Source of the DNA: an uncultured bacterium
GTDB lineage: Bacteria; Bacteroidota; Bacteroidia; NS11-12g; UBA9320
Reading direction: 5' to 3'
Length of the DNA stretch: 64,000 bases
Assembly: GCA_963991985.1 (NCBI GenBank)
Contig: CAXDRX010000007.1
Coordinates: 8,475-72,474, forward strand
In this document: piece by piece, positions 10,137-20,173 of the stretch
Layout of the letters: each line of letters begins with the position of its first letter
Numbering within the stretch: position 1 is the stretch's first letter
Notes under the pieces: generated by a model
What the model was told of the DNA's origin: nothing
Seen by the model: the letters and a program-made list of their open reading frames with translations, nothing else
Database searches by the model: none
Made by a program: the position numbers and the translations under genes

Positions 10137-11258
10137 TTAACCGTTGTTTAGCATCATGGGCATAATGAGCATAAGCAGATTTTCATTTTCTGCCTGTTCA
10201 GAAGGCAACAAGATACCCGCCCGATTGGGGTCACTCAATTCTAAGCTTACTTCGGAAGTGGTCATGTTGGACAACATATCAACCAGATACCTTGCATTAA
10301 AGCCAATTTCAATATCTGCACCCGAATAGCTAACCGACAACCTTTCTGTTCCTTCATTGGCCATATCTAAATCTTCTGCGCTAAGCGTCATTTCACTACC
10401 TGCCAATTTCAGTCTAATCTGTTGAGTAGTTTTGTTTGCATAAATGGCTATTCTCTTCACCGATTGCAAAAATTGGCTTCGATCGATTTTCAATTTATTG
10501 GGATTGTCATCCGGAATGACCGCATTATAGTCGGGATATTTTTCATCTATCAATCTACTCACTATCACTACCTTACCAAAAGAAAAGAATACATTGTTTT
10601 GATTGTAATCCATCTGCACATTGCCTTGGCTACCGGAGAGTGTGCTTTTGAGTTGGGTCAATGCTTTCTTGGGCACTATAAAGCTTGTAGAAGAGGAAGA
10701 ATTTATCCCTAGTCTTTGGCATCGGACCAACCGATTTGCGTCTGTCGCGACGAAATTTATTTGTTTCTGCCCCAGCTCAAAGTACACCCCGGTGAGGTTC
10801 TGCCTTAATTCGTCGTTGCTGGTGGCAAAAAGTGTTTTAGCAATGGACTCTTCAAGTGTTTCTGATGAAATTTGAAGACTTTCTTCGGCATTATGGTTTG
10901 GCGTTTTCGGGAAGTCTTCGCCCGGTTCACCATTCAATTTATATCTTCCTGTTTCAGAGGTTATTTCTAGGGCAAAATTGCTTTCATCCACATCAAAAGT
11001 CAGAGGTTGATCGGGCAAAGAACGAAGCGTTTCCATCAACATCTTCGATGGAACTGCTACAGAAATATTGCCGTCCGACTGAACATCCAGTTCGGTGGTA
11101 ATGGTGGTTTCCAAGTCTGTGGCTGTAATTTTTAAGTTGCCATCGGAGATATCAAATAAAAAATTATCCAATATGGGCAAAATAGGTTTGCTTACCACAA
11201 CACCGCCAATGGTTTGCAGGTTTTGCAACAATATTTTTGAGTTAACAATGAACTTCAT
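10137..11258 (-). CDS. dnaN: DNA polymerase III beta sliding clamp
   Basis: MKFIVNSKILLQNLQTIGGVV...PILDNFLF clamp N-terminus; 373 aa; three-domain layout. Confidence 0.9.
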   Translation of the reverse strand: MKFIVNSKILLQNLQTIGGVVVSKPILPILDNFLFDISDGNLKITATDLETTITTELDVQSDGNISVAVPSKMLMETLRSLPDQPLTFDVDESNFALEITSETGRYKLNGEPGEDFPKTPNHNAEESLQISSETLEESIAKTLFATSNDELRQNLTGVYFELGQKQINFVATDANRLVRCQRLGINSSSSTSFIVPKKALTQLKSTLSGSQGNVQMDYNQNNVFFSFGKVVIVSRLIDEKYPDYNAVIPDDNPNKLKIDRSQFLQSVKRIAIYANKTTQQIRLKLAGSEMTLSAEDLDMANEGTERLSVSYSGADIEIGFNARYLVDMLSNMTTSEVSLELSDPNRAGILLPSEQAENENLLMLIMPMMLNNG

Positions 11259-11326
11259 AAACTTTGTGGTTTCAACACTTCAAAAAAATACAATAAGAGC
11301 CAATAAAACTAATGTTTCCTAAATTC

Positions 11327-12529
11327 TTATTTTTTTGATGTAAATGCTTGGTTTGGAAAAATAATTTTTGCCATGTGTAATGCGGTATTTTCAATGCTGT
11401 AACGTTTTTTGAGCTTACCTCTCATCTGTTCAATGGTCTTGGTTTCAATTTTTTCAATTTCTTTTTGGGCAAGCAGAAACTCACCCAAATCATTGGCTAC
11501 AATAGTCGTTTTGAGCAGTTCCTCCGGTATTCCTTGACAACCGATTCGGGTAGAGACAATCACTTTCCCTTGAGCAACTGCCTCCAACAATTTTATGCGT
11601 ATACCGCTACCAGCTTTAATGGGAATCAAGCATATAGATTTGTCTTTCAAAAACGTTTCTTTATCTTCAACTTCACCATGGACATAGACTTTGTCTAATT
11701 TCATTTTTTTTAGAAATACCGGGCAATTTCTTCCCGCAATATGAAGCTCTATTTCCTTATTTTTCTGAACAAGCGTAGGCCATATGTTTTTTAAAAACCA
11801 CTGGAGAGAATCAATATTGGCTGGCCAATCCAAAGCCCCCAAATGGTACCACTTGTTAGAATTTATTTTAGCATTGATGGTTTTTTTTGGAATTTCTATC
11901 CCCGTAGGAACTACATAATTTCTAGATTGCCCACTGCATACTTTTCCTTTTTCACGATCATTTTCGGTCACCCAAGCAATTGAATCAAAAAGAGGTATAT
12001 TTTTCTTTTCAAACTGACGTAGTCTTTTGGTCAAATGAAGTAGATACGCTTTCTTGATCTTATTTTTTTCACTTTTGGCTCGTCTCTCCCATATTTCAGA
12101 CTCCATGTTGTGCTGCCTCAAAATACATGGAGCTTTCGTCATACTTCTAACAATGGGTAAATAGGGTGCCATAAAAATGGTTTCAAATTGAATGGCATCA
12201 AACTCCTCTTGGTCTAGTTTGTCTTTGATATATCGGGCCAATTCCGGATGATAAAATCTTGTAATGTTGTAGGATTTTCGGTTGATCAAGTGAGTGAATG
12301 CGCCCCATATTTTAACATCTGTATCTAATTTGAAAAAATAGACCTTGGCCAATTTTTCCAACTTGGCTCGAGCTTGGGTTAAGTTTATTTGATGTTTTTT
12401 TGCTGCGATGCCTATGAAATGGGTTTCTATTCCAAGATTTTTGTATCCTTTAAGGAAGTTATAAATCATAATGGCACCTCCATCTTTCAAGGGGTGAGGT
12501 ATACGATGAGAAATATTGAGCAGTTTCAT
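11327..12529 (-). CDS. Glycosyltransferase family 4 (GT-B, group 1)
   Basis: C-terminal GT1 signature ...HGEVEDKETFLKDKSICLIPIKAGSGIRIKLLEAVAQGKVIVST; 400 aa. Confidence 0.7.
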   Translation of the reverse strand: MKLLNISHRIPHPLKDGGAIMIYNFLKGYKNLGIETHFIGIAAKKHQINLTQARAKLEKLAKVYFFKLDTDVKIWGAFTHLINRKSYNITRFYHPELARYIKDKLDQEEFDAIQFETIFMAPYLPIVRSMTKAPCILRQHNMESEIWERRAKSEKNKIKKAYLLHLTKRLRQFEKKNIPLFDSIAWVTENDREKGKVCSGQSRNYVVPTGIEIPKKTINAKINSNKWYHLGALDWPANIDSLQWFLKNIWPTLVQKNKEIELHIAGRNCPVFLKKMKLDKVYVHGEVEDKETFLKDKSICLIPIKAGSGIRIKLLEAVAQGKVIVSTRIGCQGIPEELLKTTIVANDLGEFLLAQKEIEKIETKTIEQMRGKLKKRYSIENTALHMAKIIFPNQAFTSKK

Positions 12530-14046
12530 GATTTTTTATTTTTCGCTTGAATCGAGAAGTATTCTTTTTTTCTCCATATTTTCAACCAAAAATCTGCTTC
12601 AAAAAACTTGACTTCTTTTGATGCGGCATAGGTAAGTAAAATTGCCAACGGAGAGAGCAAAAAAGTACTCATCCACATACCCAATAAAGGGCTGATCTGT
12701 CCCTCTTTGGCCAACTTTTCACCCAAAACATTAATAATATGGTACACGATAAACATCAATATAGAGACGACCAGAGGCAAACCAAATCCGCCCTTCCGAA
12801 TGATGGCCCCCAGTGAAGCTCCAATAAAAAATAAAAGGATCACACTTACGGCCAGCGTAAATTTTTGGTGGTAAGCTACTTGATATTTCCATTTTAACAT
12901 TTTCTCCTCTCTTATTTTGTCCTTGTATATTTTTAATCTGTTTTTTATTGCTCGTGCTCTTGATATTGCCAAGGAAAACACGTCATTGGTCTTATTGATT
13001 TTCTTTAATCCCTTATTCCTTGGTAGCAATTTACTTGTATTTCTTTCTTTTGGGATATTGGAATGCTGTACCAAAGGCATCATAGAATCCTTTACTGTTT
13101 CGATTGATTTGTACATATTTTTTGGCTCGGATATTTCCTTTTTTGGAATTGATGGTAAATCCAAGAATTGTCTTACATAATTGAATGTGGCTTCTTTTTC
13201 TTTCTTGGTTTTCGTTTCTAAAGAATCAATTCTCGTTTTCAACTGCTTTACATTCAGCATTCTTCGATCTTCCTTAAAAGCACTTTTACTAATCCTGCTA
13301 AATTGCAAATCAGTAAGATCAATAGCAATTTTTTGGTAACCAAAGCGGAGGATGTTGTTGGGAAAACTAATTCGATAATTTTTATCTTCAGTCATTTCTT
13401 GATAACGAAGTCCGTCATATAGGGTCAATACCATAAATCGCCGATCCTCGGTAAAAACCAGTTTGCCTTTTTTTGCCAAAATAATATCTCGATTGATGCC
13501 ATTTTTTTGGTTGGCATAAATCAAAATATCCTCAAGGAGTTCGCCATCAGCGTGTTTTTTTCCAACCTTGATGGAGTAACCGTCTAAATCGTTAAAAAAA
13601 ATACCCTCTTGCAGATTCATTCCTGGCTTTTTTGTTTTGATGGAATAAAAAAGAGCTCCCCAATTTAAATTGGCCTTAGGGATCCAAACATTGGCCGTAT
13701 GAAAGGCTATACCCGATAAAAATATCATCAAAACAATCAATGGGAGCATACTTCTATAAAGCGAAATTCCCGCAGATTTTATGGCCACTAGCTCATATCG
13801 TTCTCCTAAATTTCCAAAGGTCATTATGCTAGACAACAAAATTGCCAATGGCAATGCCAGCGGAATAAGGTGAATGGACAAATAAAAAATAAACTCTACG
13901 ATAACATACCACTCAAGACCTTTGCCCACGATGTATTTGACATACTGATAAAGGGCTTGTAACAAAAAAAGGAAGAGACTGATGAAAAAAGTGACCACGA
14001 AAGGTCCAATAAAACTTTTGAGATATAAAATGTGTAATTTCTTCAA
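12526..14046 (-). CDS. LptF/LptG-family (YjgP/YjgQ) permease, long 506-aa form
   Basis: N-terminal YjgP/YjgQ pattern ILYLKSFIGPFVVTFF...LALPLAILLSSIMTFGNLGERYELVAIKSAGISLYR with six predicted TM helices and an extended periplasmic insert. Confidence 0.7.
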   Translation of the reverse strand: MKKLHILYLKSFIGPFVVTFFISLFLFLLQALYQYVKYIVGKGLEWYVIVEFIFYLSIHLIPLALPLAILLSSIMTFGNLGERYELVAIKSAGISLYRSMLPLIVLMIFLSGIAFHTANVWIPKANLNWGALFYSIKTKKPGMNLQEGIFFNDLDGYSIKVGKKHADGELLEDILIYANQKNGINRDIILAKKGKLVFTEDRRFMVLTLYDGLRYQEMTEDKNYRISFPNNILRFGYQKIAIDLTDLQFSRISKSAFKEDRRMLNVKQLKTRIDSLETKTKKEKEATFNYVRQFLDLPSIPKKEISEPKNMYKSIETVKDSMMPLVQHSNIPKERNTSKLLPRNKGLKKINKTNDVFSLAISRARAIKNRLKIYKDKIREEKMLKWKYQVAYHQKFTLAVSVILLFFIGASLGAIIRKGGFGLPLVVSILMFIVYHIINVLGEKLAKEGQISPLLGMWMSTFLLSPLAILLTYAASKEVKFFEADFWLKIWRKKEYFSIQAKNKKS

Positions 14047-14049
14047 TCC

Positions 14050-16665
14050 TTATTCTTCCAATTGTTCTTTAAGCAAATTTATTTTATGGAGGGTATCTTT
14101 CTTTTTCTGGAATTCTTTCTCTATAATTTCTCCTTTGGCATTCTTTATGAATTTTTCATTGCTTAGTTTTTTCTCTATTCCCAATAGAAACTTTTTCAAC
14201 CTTTCTATTTCGTTTATAATGTTTTCCTTGTTGTCTTCAGTCTTCTCCAAGCCTTCAAATTGTAATACAAACTCATGTGTATGAACTAATATTTTGCTGC
14301 CTTCCATCACGCCCTCAAAAGCAATACTGGAAACATTCGCCATTTTCTTAATCAGGTCTTCAAAAGTTGAATAATTGACTCTTTCTTCCGGAGCAATATT
14401 GGTAGAAATTTGACATGACATTTTGGGACTTATATTTTTTTTGCTTCGGAAGGCTCTTATTTGAACAATTAAAGCCAAGAAATCTCCTACCTCAGACGTG
14501 GGTTTGTCTATTGGATAAGTCTCAGGCCATAATTCTTTGTTGATAAAGCTTTTATGACCCAACGCATGCCACAATTCTTCTGTGATGAAAGGCATAAATG
14601 GATGTAGTAACTTAAGAATTTTTCCAAAAACATCTAAAAATTCATTTCGGACTGTTAATGGCATCTGTTCTTCATGGCTTGGTTTAATCATTTCTAAGTA
14701 CCACGAACAAAAATCTTCCCAAACAAACTTATACAAGGTTGTGATGGCTTCAGAAAAGCGATAGGCTTCCAGTTGTTGGTTTGTTTTGTCCAAGCATCGG
14801 TTAAACCTATCTTTTATCCAAATAGATATGTGTAGCTGATTTTTGGAGTAAAAATTGGAAGGTTTCTCTGAGCAATTTAGACCCGACACGAATCGGTAAG
14901 CATTCCATAGTTTATTGGCAAAGTTTCGTCCTTGCTTGCACAAAGTTTCATCAAATAAAATATCATTTCCTGCCGGGGCACTCGATAAGATCCCAAAACG
15001 TACTGCATCTGTTCCATATTCATCCATTAAGGCCATGGCATCCGGAGAGTTGCCCAAAGATTTGGACATTTTTCTTCCCTGTTTGTCGCGAACAATTCCG
15101 GTAAAGTATACCTTTTTGAAAGGTTTTTTTGTCTCAAAATAATGACCCGCCATTATCATTCTGGCAATCCAAAAAAAGAGTATATCTGGTCCTGTAACAA
15201 TATCGTTTGCGGGATAATAATATTGAAATTCCTTATTGTTTGGATCATTTACACCGTTGAAAACACTTAGTGGCCAAAGCCAGCTACTAAACCAAGTATC
15301 CAGAACATCTTCGTCTTGGGCTAGGTCTTCTATTTTGCCGATAAAACCTTTTTGTTTTGCCAATTGGTATGCTTTTTCTTTGCTTTCCGCAACAACAATT
15401 TCGTCATTAAAATAATAGGCCGGTATTCGTTGACCCCACCAAAGTTGCCTACTAATGCACCAATCTTTTATATTTTCCATCCAATGGCGATAGGTTTGAA
15501 CATATTTGTTTGGAACAAAGACTATTTCATTGTCCAATACCTCACTTAAAACTTTCGGATGATTTGCCATGAATTTTTTCATATCCACAAACCATTGCTC
15601 ACTCAAGCGGGATTCGACTACTGCATTTGTCCTTTCTGACCGTCCTACCTTGTTTTGATAAGCGTCAATCTTTGATAGAGCCCCTCTCATTTTCAACTCA
15701 TCTGCTGTTTTTTCTCTTGCTGTAAAACGATTTACTCCAACGAAAAAGCCCGCAAGGTCGTTTAGCGTGCCATTGGGATTGAAAATATCTATAATCTCTA
15801 AATCATGTTTTATACCCAATTCATAATCGTTTGAATCATGAGCAGGCGTTACTTTTAGCGCGCCTGTGCCAAAATCCATTTGGACATATTCATCTGAAAT
15901 TATGGGTATCTCTCTCTCAACAATCGGAACAATAGCGGTTTTTCCAATCAAATGTTGATATCGAGAATCCTCAGGATGAACGGCAATGCCCGAATCGCCA
16001 AACAATGTTTCTGGCCGTGTCGTCGCAATGGTTAAGAATTCTTTTGTTTCTTTAATTTGGTAGCGTATGTGATATAAATTTGATTGTTCTTCATGGTAAA
16101 TCACTTCCTCATCGCTCAGGGCAGTAAGACCTTTAGGGTCCCAATTGACCATTCGTTTCCCTCGATATACATAGCCATCTTGATGCATTTTTACAAATGT
16201 CTGCACAACAGATTGATACAGATCTTCTTCCATTGTAAATCTAGTTCGATCCCAATCACAACTGCAGCCCAGCTTTTGTAATTGCTCTAAAATAATACCT
16301 CCATACTTGTCTTTCCATTCAAAGGCATATTTCATAAAACGTTCTCTACCAATATCACTTTTCTTGATTCCCTTTTCCCTCAGCATTTTTACAACTTTAG
16401 CTTCTGTAGCAATGGAAGCATGATCCATCCCTGGCAGCCAAAGCGCATTTTTGCCCAACATCCTTGCTCTTCTTACCAAAACATCTTGCAAAGTATTGTT
16501 CAAAATATGCCCCATATGCAAGACACCGGTAATATTTGGCGGAGGAATCAAAACTGTATAAGGTTCCCGCTCGTCCACCTCAGAAGCAAAAGCTTTTGCC
16601 TTTAACCAAGCTTGATACCATTTGCTTTCCACCTCCTCAGGACGATAATGTTTTGAAATCAACAT
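14050..16665 (-). CDS. valS: Valine--tRNA ligase
   Basis: Class I HIGH (PPPNITGVLHMGHILN) and KMSKS (KMSKSLGN) motifs; C-terminal coiled coil. The ORF track start at 16770 is an in-frame extension; homology begins at MLISKHYRPEEVESKWY. Confidence 0.95.
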   Translation of the reverse strand: MLISKHYRPEEVESKWYQAWLKAKAFASEVDEREPYTVLIPPPNITGVLHMGHILNNTLQDVLVRRARMLGKNALWLPGMDHASIATEAKVVKMLREKGIKKSDIGRERFMKYAFEWKDKYGGIILEQLQKLGCSCDWDRTRFTMEEDLYQSVVQTFVKMHQDGYVYRGKRMVNWDPKGLTALSDEEVIYHEEQSNLYHIRYQIKETKEFLTIATTRPETLFGDSGIAVHPEDSRYQHLIGKTAIVPIVEREIPIISDEYVQMDFGTGALKVTPAHDSNDYELGIKHDLEIIDIFNPNGTLNDLAGFFVGVNRFTAREKTADELKMRGALSKIDAYQNKVGRSERTNAVVESRLSEQWFVDMKKFMANHPKVLSEVLDNEIVFVPNKYVQTYRHWMENIKDWCISRQLWWGQRIPAYYFNDEIVVAESKEKAYQLAKQKGFIGKIEDLAQDEDVLDTWFSSWLWPLSVFNGVNDPNNKEFQYYYPANDIVTGPDILFFWIARMIMAGHYFETKKPFKKVYFTGIVRDKQGRKMSKSLGNSPDAMALMDEYGTDAVRFGILSSAPAGNDILFDETLCKQGRNFANKLWNAYRFVSGLNCSEKPSNFYSKNQLHISIWIKDRFNRCLDKTNQQLEAYRFSEAITTLYKFVWEDFCSWYLEMIKPSHEEQMPLTVRNEFLDVFGKILKLLHPFMPFITEELWHALGHKSFINKELWPETYPIDKPTSEVGDFLALIVQIRAFRSKKNISPKMSCQISTNIAPEERVNYSTFEDLIKKMANVSSIAFEGVMEGSKILVHTHEFVLQFEGLEKTEDNKENIINEIERLKKFLLGIEKKLSNEKFIKNAKGEIIEKEFQKKKDTLHKINLLKEQLEE

Positions 16666-16755
16666 TTCGGTGGCAAATGTACGCTCTGTTTTGATTGTAT
16701 GCCTCCTTGAACGATTTTTAGACCTAAAATGTAAACTTTTGGCCATTTTTGTAGT

Positions 16756-18489
16756 ATGCTTAGAACACATACTTGTGGAGAACTGAACGAATCACATGTT
16801 GGGGAGACAGTGATTTTGTGTGGATGGATTCAAACCCATAGAAATTTGGGAGCGATGTGTTTTATTGACTTACGAGACCGTTTTGGAATTACTCAACTAA
16901 GTTTCAATGAAAATAGTCCTAATGATTTGTTAAATGATGCAAAAAAGCTAGCACGAGAGTTTGTTGTAATGGCAGAAGGAAAGGTCATTGAGCGAAGCAG
17001 TAAAAATAAGCAAATACCTACTGGTGGAATAGAAATACAAGTAAAAAAAATGAAAGTGCTCAGCACCTCCAAGACACCACCTTTCACCATAGAAAACAAT
17101 ACGGACGGTGGCGATGAACTGAGAATGCGATATCGATACCTGGATTTGAGAAGGCCGAAACTGCAGGAAAATATTTTATTAAGGCACAAAGCATCTCAAT
17201 CCATAAGAAATTTCTTAAGCCATCATAATTTTTTGGAAATTGAGACCCCGTACTTAATCAAATCAACACCAGAAGGGGCGAGAGACTTTGTGGTACCAAG
17301 CAGAATGAATGAAAATCAATTTTATGCACTTCCGCAATCTCCTCAGACTTTTAAACAATTGCTGATGGTTGGAGGCTATGATCGCTATTTTCAGATTGTT
17401 CGCTGTTTTAGAGACGAGGATTTACGGGCCGATAGACAACCTGAATTTACCCAAATAGATTGTGAAATGAGCTTTGTAAATCAAGAAGACATTTACAAAA
17501 CTTTTGAGGAATTGGCAAAATATCTTTTCAAAGAAACTTTGGGGATTGAGCTTCCCAAGTTTGAAACCATAAGTTATGCAGATTCCATGCATAAGTATGG
17601 AAATGATAAACCCGATTTGCGTTTTGATATGCCTATACAACATCTTGAAAAAGTAGCCAAAGGCCATGGATTTAAAGTGTTTGATGATGCAGAAAAAGTA
17701 GTAGGAATAGTGGCAAAAGGAGCTGCTTTATATACCCGAAAACAGTTGGATTTTTTGGTAGATTTTGTTAAAAAGCCACAAATTGGGGCAAAAGGATTGG
17801 TATACTGTAAATACAATGAGGAAAAAACTTTCAAATCTTCAATTGACAAGTTTTTTGGCCAAAATATATGGCAAGAAATTGCTGCCACATGCGATTTTAA
17901 TCCTGGTGACCTATTGCTTGTTCTTTCTGGATCCAGCAAAACTGTGTTAAAACAAATGAGTGAACTTCGCTTAGAGATGGGCAATCAACTCAATCTAGTC
18001 AAAGATGGTGTATTTAAACCTCTTTGGGTTGTGGATTTCCCATTGCTGGAATGGGATGAGGAAAATCAGAGATATCATGCCATGCACCACCCCTTTACCA
18101 GCCCAAAAGTAGAAGATCTTCACTACCTTTCAACTGCGCCAAATCAGGTAAAAGCAAATGCCTACGACATGGTCATCAATGGGGTTGAAGTCGGTGGAGG
18201 AAGCATACGAATTCACGATAGAGAAATGCAAGAAAAAATGCTATCCCTATTGGGTTTTTCTGATCAGGAAGCAAAAGACCAATTTGGCTTTTTGATGGAG
18301 GCATTTGAATATGGAGCTCCGCCCCATGGTGGCATTGCATTTGGTTTTGACCGCTTGTGCAGTTTATTGACTGGTGAAAATAGCATCCGAGATGTAATTG
18401 CTTTTCCAAAAAACAATCAAGGAAGAGACATTATGATTGATGCTCCCTCACCAATCGACAATGAGCAACGCAAAGAATTAGGAATTTGA
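16756..18489 (+). CDS. aspS: Aspartate--tRNA ligase
   Basis: OB-fold N-terminus [32 protein letters not shown]; class II motifs [18 protein letters not shown] and GGGSIRIHD...GFDRL; 577 aa. Confidence 0.95.
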   Translation: MLRTHTCGELNESHVGETVILCGWIQTHRNLGAMCFIDLRDRFGITQLSFNENSPNDLLNDAKKLAREFVVMAEGKVIERSSKNKQIPTGGIEIQVKKMKVLSTSKTPPFTIENNTDGGDELRMRYRYLDLRRPKLQENILLRHKASQSIRNFLSHHNFLEIETPYLIKSTPEGARDFVVPSRMNENQFYALPQSPQTFKQLLMVGGYDRYFQIVRCFRDEDLRADRQPEFTQIDCEMSFVNQEDIYKTFEELAKYLFKETLGIELPKFETISYADSMHKYGNDKPDLRFDMPIQHLEKVAKGHGFKVFDDAEKVVGIVAKGAALYTRKQLDFLVDFVKKPQIGAKGLVYCKYNEEKTFKSSIDKFFGQNIWQEIAATCDFNPGDLLLVLSGSSKTVLKQMSELRLEMGNQLNLVKDGVFKPLWVVDFPLLEWDEENQRYHAMHHPFTSPKVEDLHYLSTAPNQVKANAYDMVINGVEVGGGSIRIHDREMQEKMLSLLGFSDQEAKDQFGFLMEAFEYGAPPHGGIAFGFDRLCSLLTGENSIRDVIAFPKNNQGRDIMIDAPSPIDNEQRKELGI

Positions 18490-18588
18490 TTTTTAATTTT
18501 CAAAGCCATTCCCTCTCACTCACAAAAAATGAGAAAAGAAAACAAAACGCTCTGACAGATGATTTATATCTAAAAGCGGGCTAGGCGT

Positions 18589-20169
18589 TTACCGAACCTT
18601 CACTATACTTCGAGACTGAAGCACGTCTTCAGACTGATATTGTAAATGATAAATCCCCGGAGCCATGTTGGATGTATTCAATGGAATGGTGTGTTCACCC
18701 ATTGTTTTTTCTTCATCAACCAATACATGAATTTCTTTTCCATGGGCATCCAAAATTGCAATTCTTACATGTCTGCCATTGGAAGCATATTTTACGGTAG
18801 TACTATCCACGAAAGGATTGGGATAGTTGTATACCCAGGCATCACCTGCCTTCTTTTGTAAAGAACGAGCCATTGTACCCGTTTGACAGGTAGTATCTAA
18901 AATATCTAGGGTTTCAAAATTTTGCAACATCACTGTATCCACTTCGTCATTTGGCAAACAAAACCAATTTTTTAGGACAGTTGCGTAGATATTTCTAAAA
19001 TCAATTTCCATCTCTACCCCATCGCCTGTTTTTACCTCGTCGGCAATGCTTGGATTATTGCCCAATATTCCACCTTTAACATTTTTTCCGAACATAAACA
19101 AAGGAGCCGCAGATCCATGGTCTGTTCCACTACTTGCATTTGATTTAATTCTCCTTCCAAACTCCGAATAGGTCATACCCAATACCCGATCTTCTAAACC
19201 CAGCTGTTTCAAATCGTCTTGAAAAGCATAGATGGCCTCAGAAACTCGATTTAGCAAATTGGCATGCGCCCCTACCTCGTTTCCTGCCGTTGTATCAATC
19301 TGATTGGCATGGGTATCAAATCCGCCGATCGTTACCGTGTAGACTCTGGTTTTCAATCCCCCTGAAATCAGTCGAGCAACAATTTTTAGTTGCTTTGCCA
19401 AACTCTCTGTTTCATCATATAATTCACTCTTATTGCTTCCCTTTTCAGAGGCTTCGTTAACTACTTTTGCGTATTCATTACTTTGGTGAGCAACTGTTCG
19501 GATGAATTTGAGTTCTTTACCCGAACGGGTTGTAGGAGTGGATTCGTCTTCTGTAAGAAGCTCATAGAAGTAATCTGGATTCGACACAGCCAAACCCATG
19601 TTTACGGAGACCCCTTGACAAACTGGAGAGACCACCGAACCGATTTGTATGGCCAATGGATCCGTCATATCACTGTTGGGGAACCCTGCAGGGTAATTGG
19701 GCCATTCATTGGCAAGGTATCTTCCAATCCAACCGCTGTTTAAGTTCTCACTTGAATCGGAGCCTGTTACCCAAATATCCTTTGATCGGAAATGCGAACG
19801 ATTTTGGTCGGGATAACCCACTCCCTGTAGAATTTGCAATTCTCCATCTTTGTACATTTCTTGTAGTTTGGTCATACTTGGATGCAAGGTGGTGGCTTCT
19901 GTCCCTTCCAGCTTTAGCAGCTTATTTTCATTGATAAGAACATTTTCTCTTGCCTTAAAAAGGTTACTGTACTGATCGACCGGGATGACCGTGTTGAGCC
20001 CGTCGTTTCCTCCGTTTAGCTCAATCAAAACCAATACATGATCTGTTTCTGTGTAGTTGTTTGCAGCATGGGTTAGTGTTTTGCCAAATGCTCGAATAGG
20101 TTGTCCACCAATGACCACCGGAATAAGACTTAATTGACCTGCAGCTTGTAAAAATTCTTTTCTGTTCAT
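18589..20169 (-). CDS. DUF1501-domain protein (sulfatase-like fold) with a Tat-like N-terminus and a T9SS type-A C-terminal sorting domain
   Basis: N-terminus MNRKEFLQAAGQLSLIPVV (degenerate RR motif); DUF1501 core GGFDTHANQ...GTDHG; C-terminal ~80 aa NYPNPFVDSTTVKYAS...VRIAILDAHGKEIHVL...GIYHLQY matching Por_Secre_tail. Located downstream of DUF1800. Confidence 0.8.
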   Translation of the reverse strand: MNRKEFLQAAGQLSLIPVVIGGQPIRAFGKTLTHAANNYTETDHVLVLIELNGGNDGLNTVIPVDQYSNLFKARENVLINENKLLKLEGTEATTLHPSMTKLQEMYKDGELQILQGVGYPDQNRSHFRSKDIWVTGSDSSENLNSGWIGRYLANEWPNYPAGFPNSDMTDPLAIQIGSVVSPVCQGVSVNMGLAVSNPDYFYELLTEDESTPTTRSGKELKFIRTVAHQSNEYAKVVNEASEKGSNKSELYDETESLAKQLKIVARLISGGLKTRVYTVTIGGFDTHANQIDTTAGNEVGAHANLLNRVSEAIYAFQDDLKQLGLEDRVLGMTYSEFGRRIKSNASSGTDHGSAAPLFMFGKNVKGGILGNNPSIADEVKTGDGVEMEIDFRNIYATVLKNWFCLPNDEVDTVMLQNFETLDILDTTCQTGTMARSLQKKAGDAWVYNYPNPFVDSTTVKYASNGRHVRIAILDAHGKEIHVLVDEEKTMGEHTIPLNTSNMAPGIYHLQYQSEDVLQSRSIVKVR

Positions 20170-20173
20170 GGAT

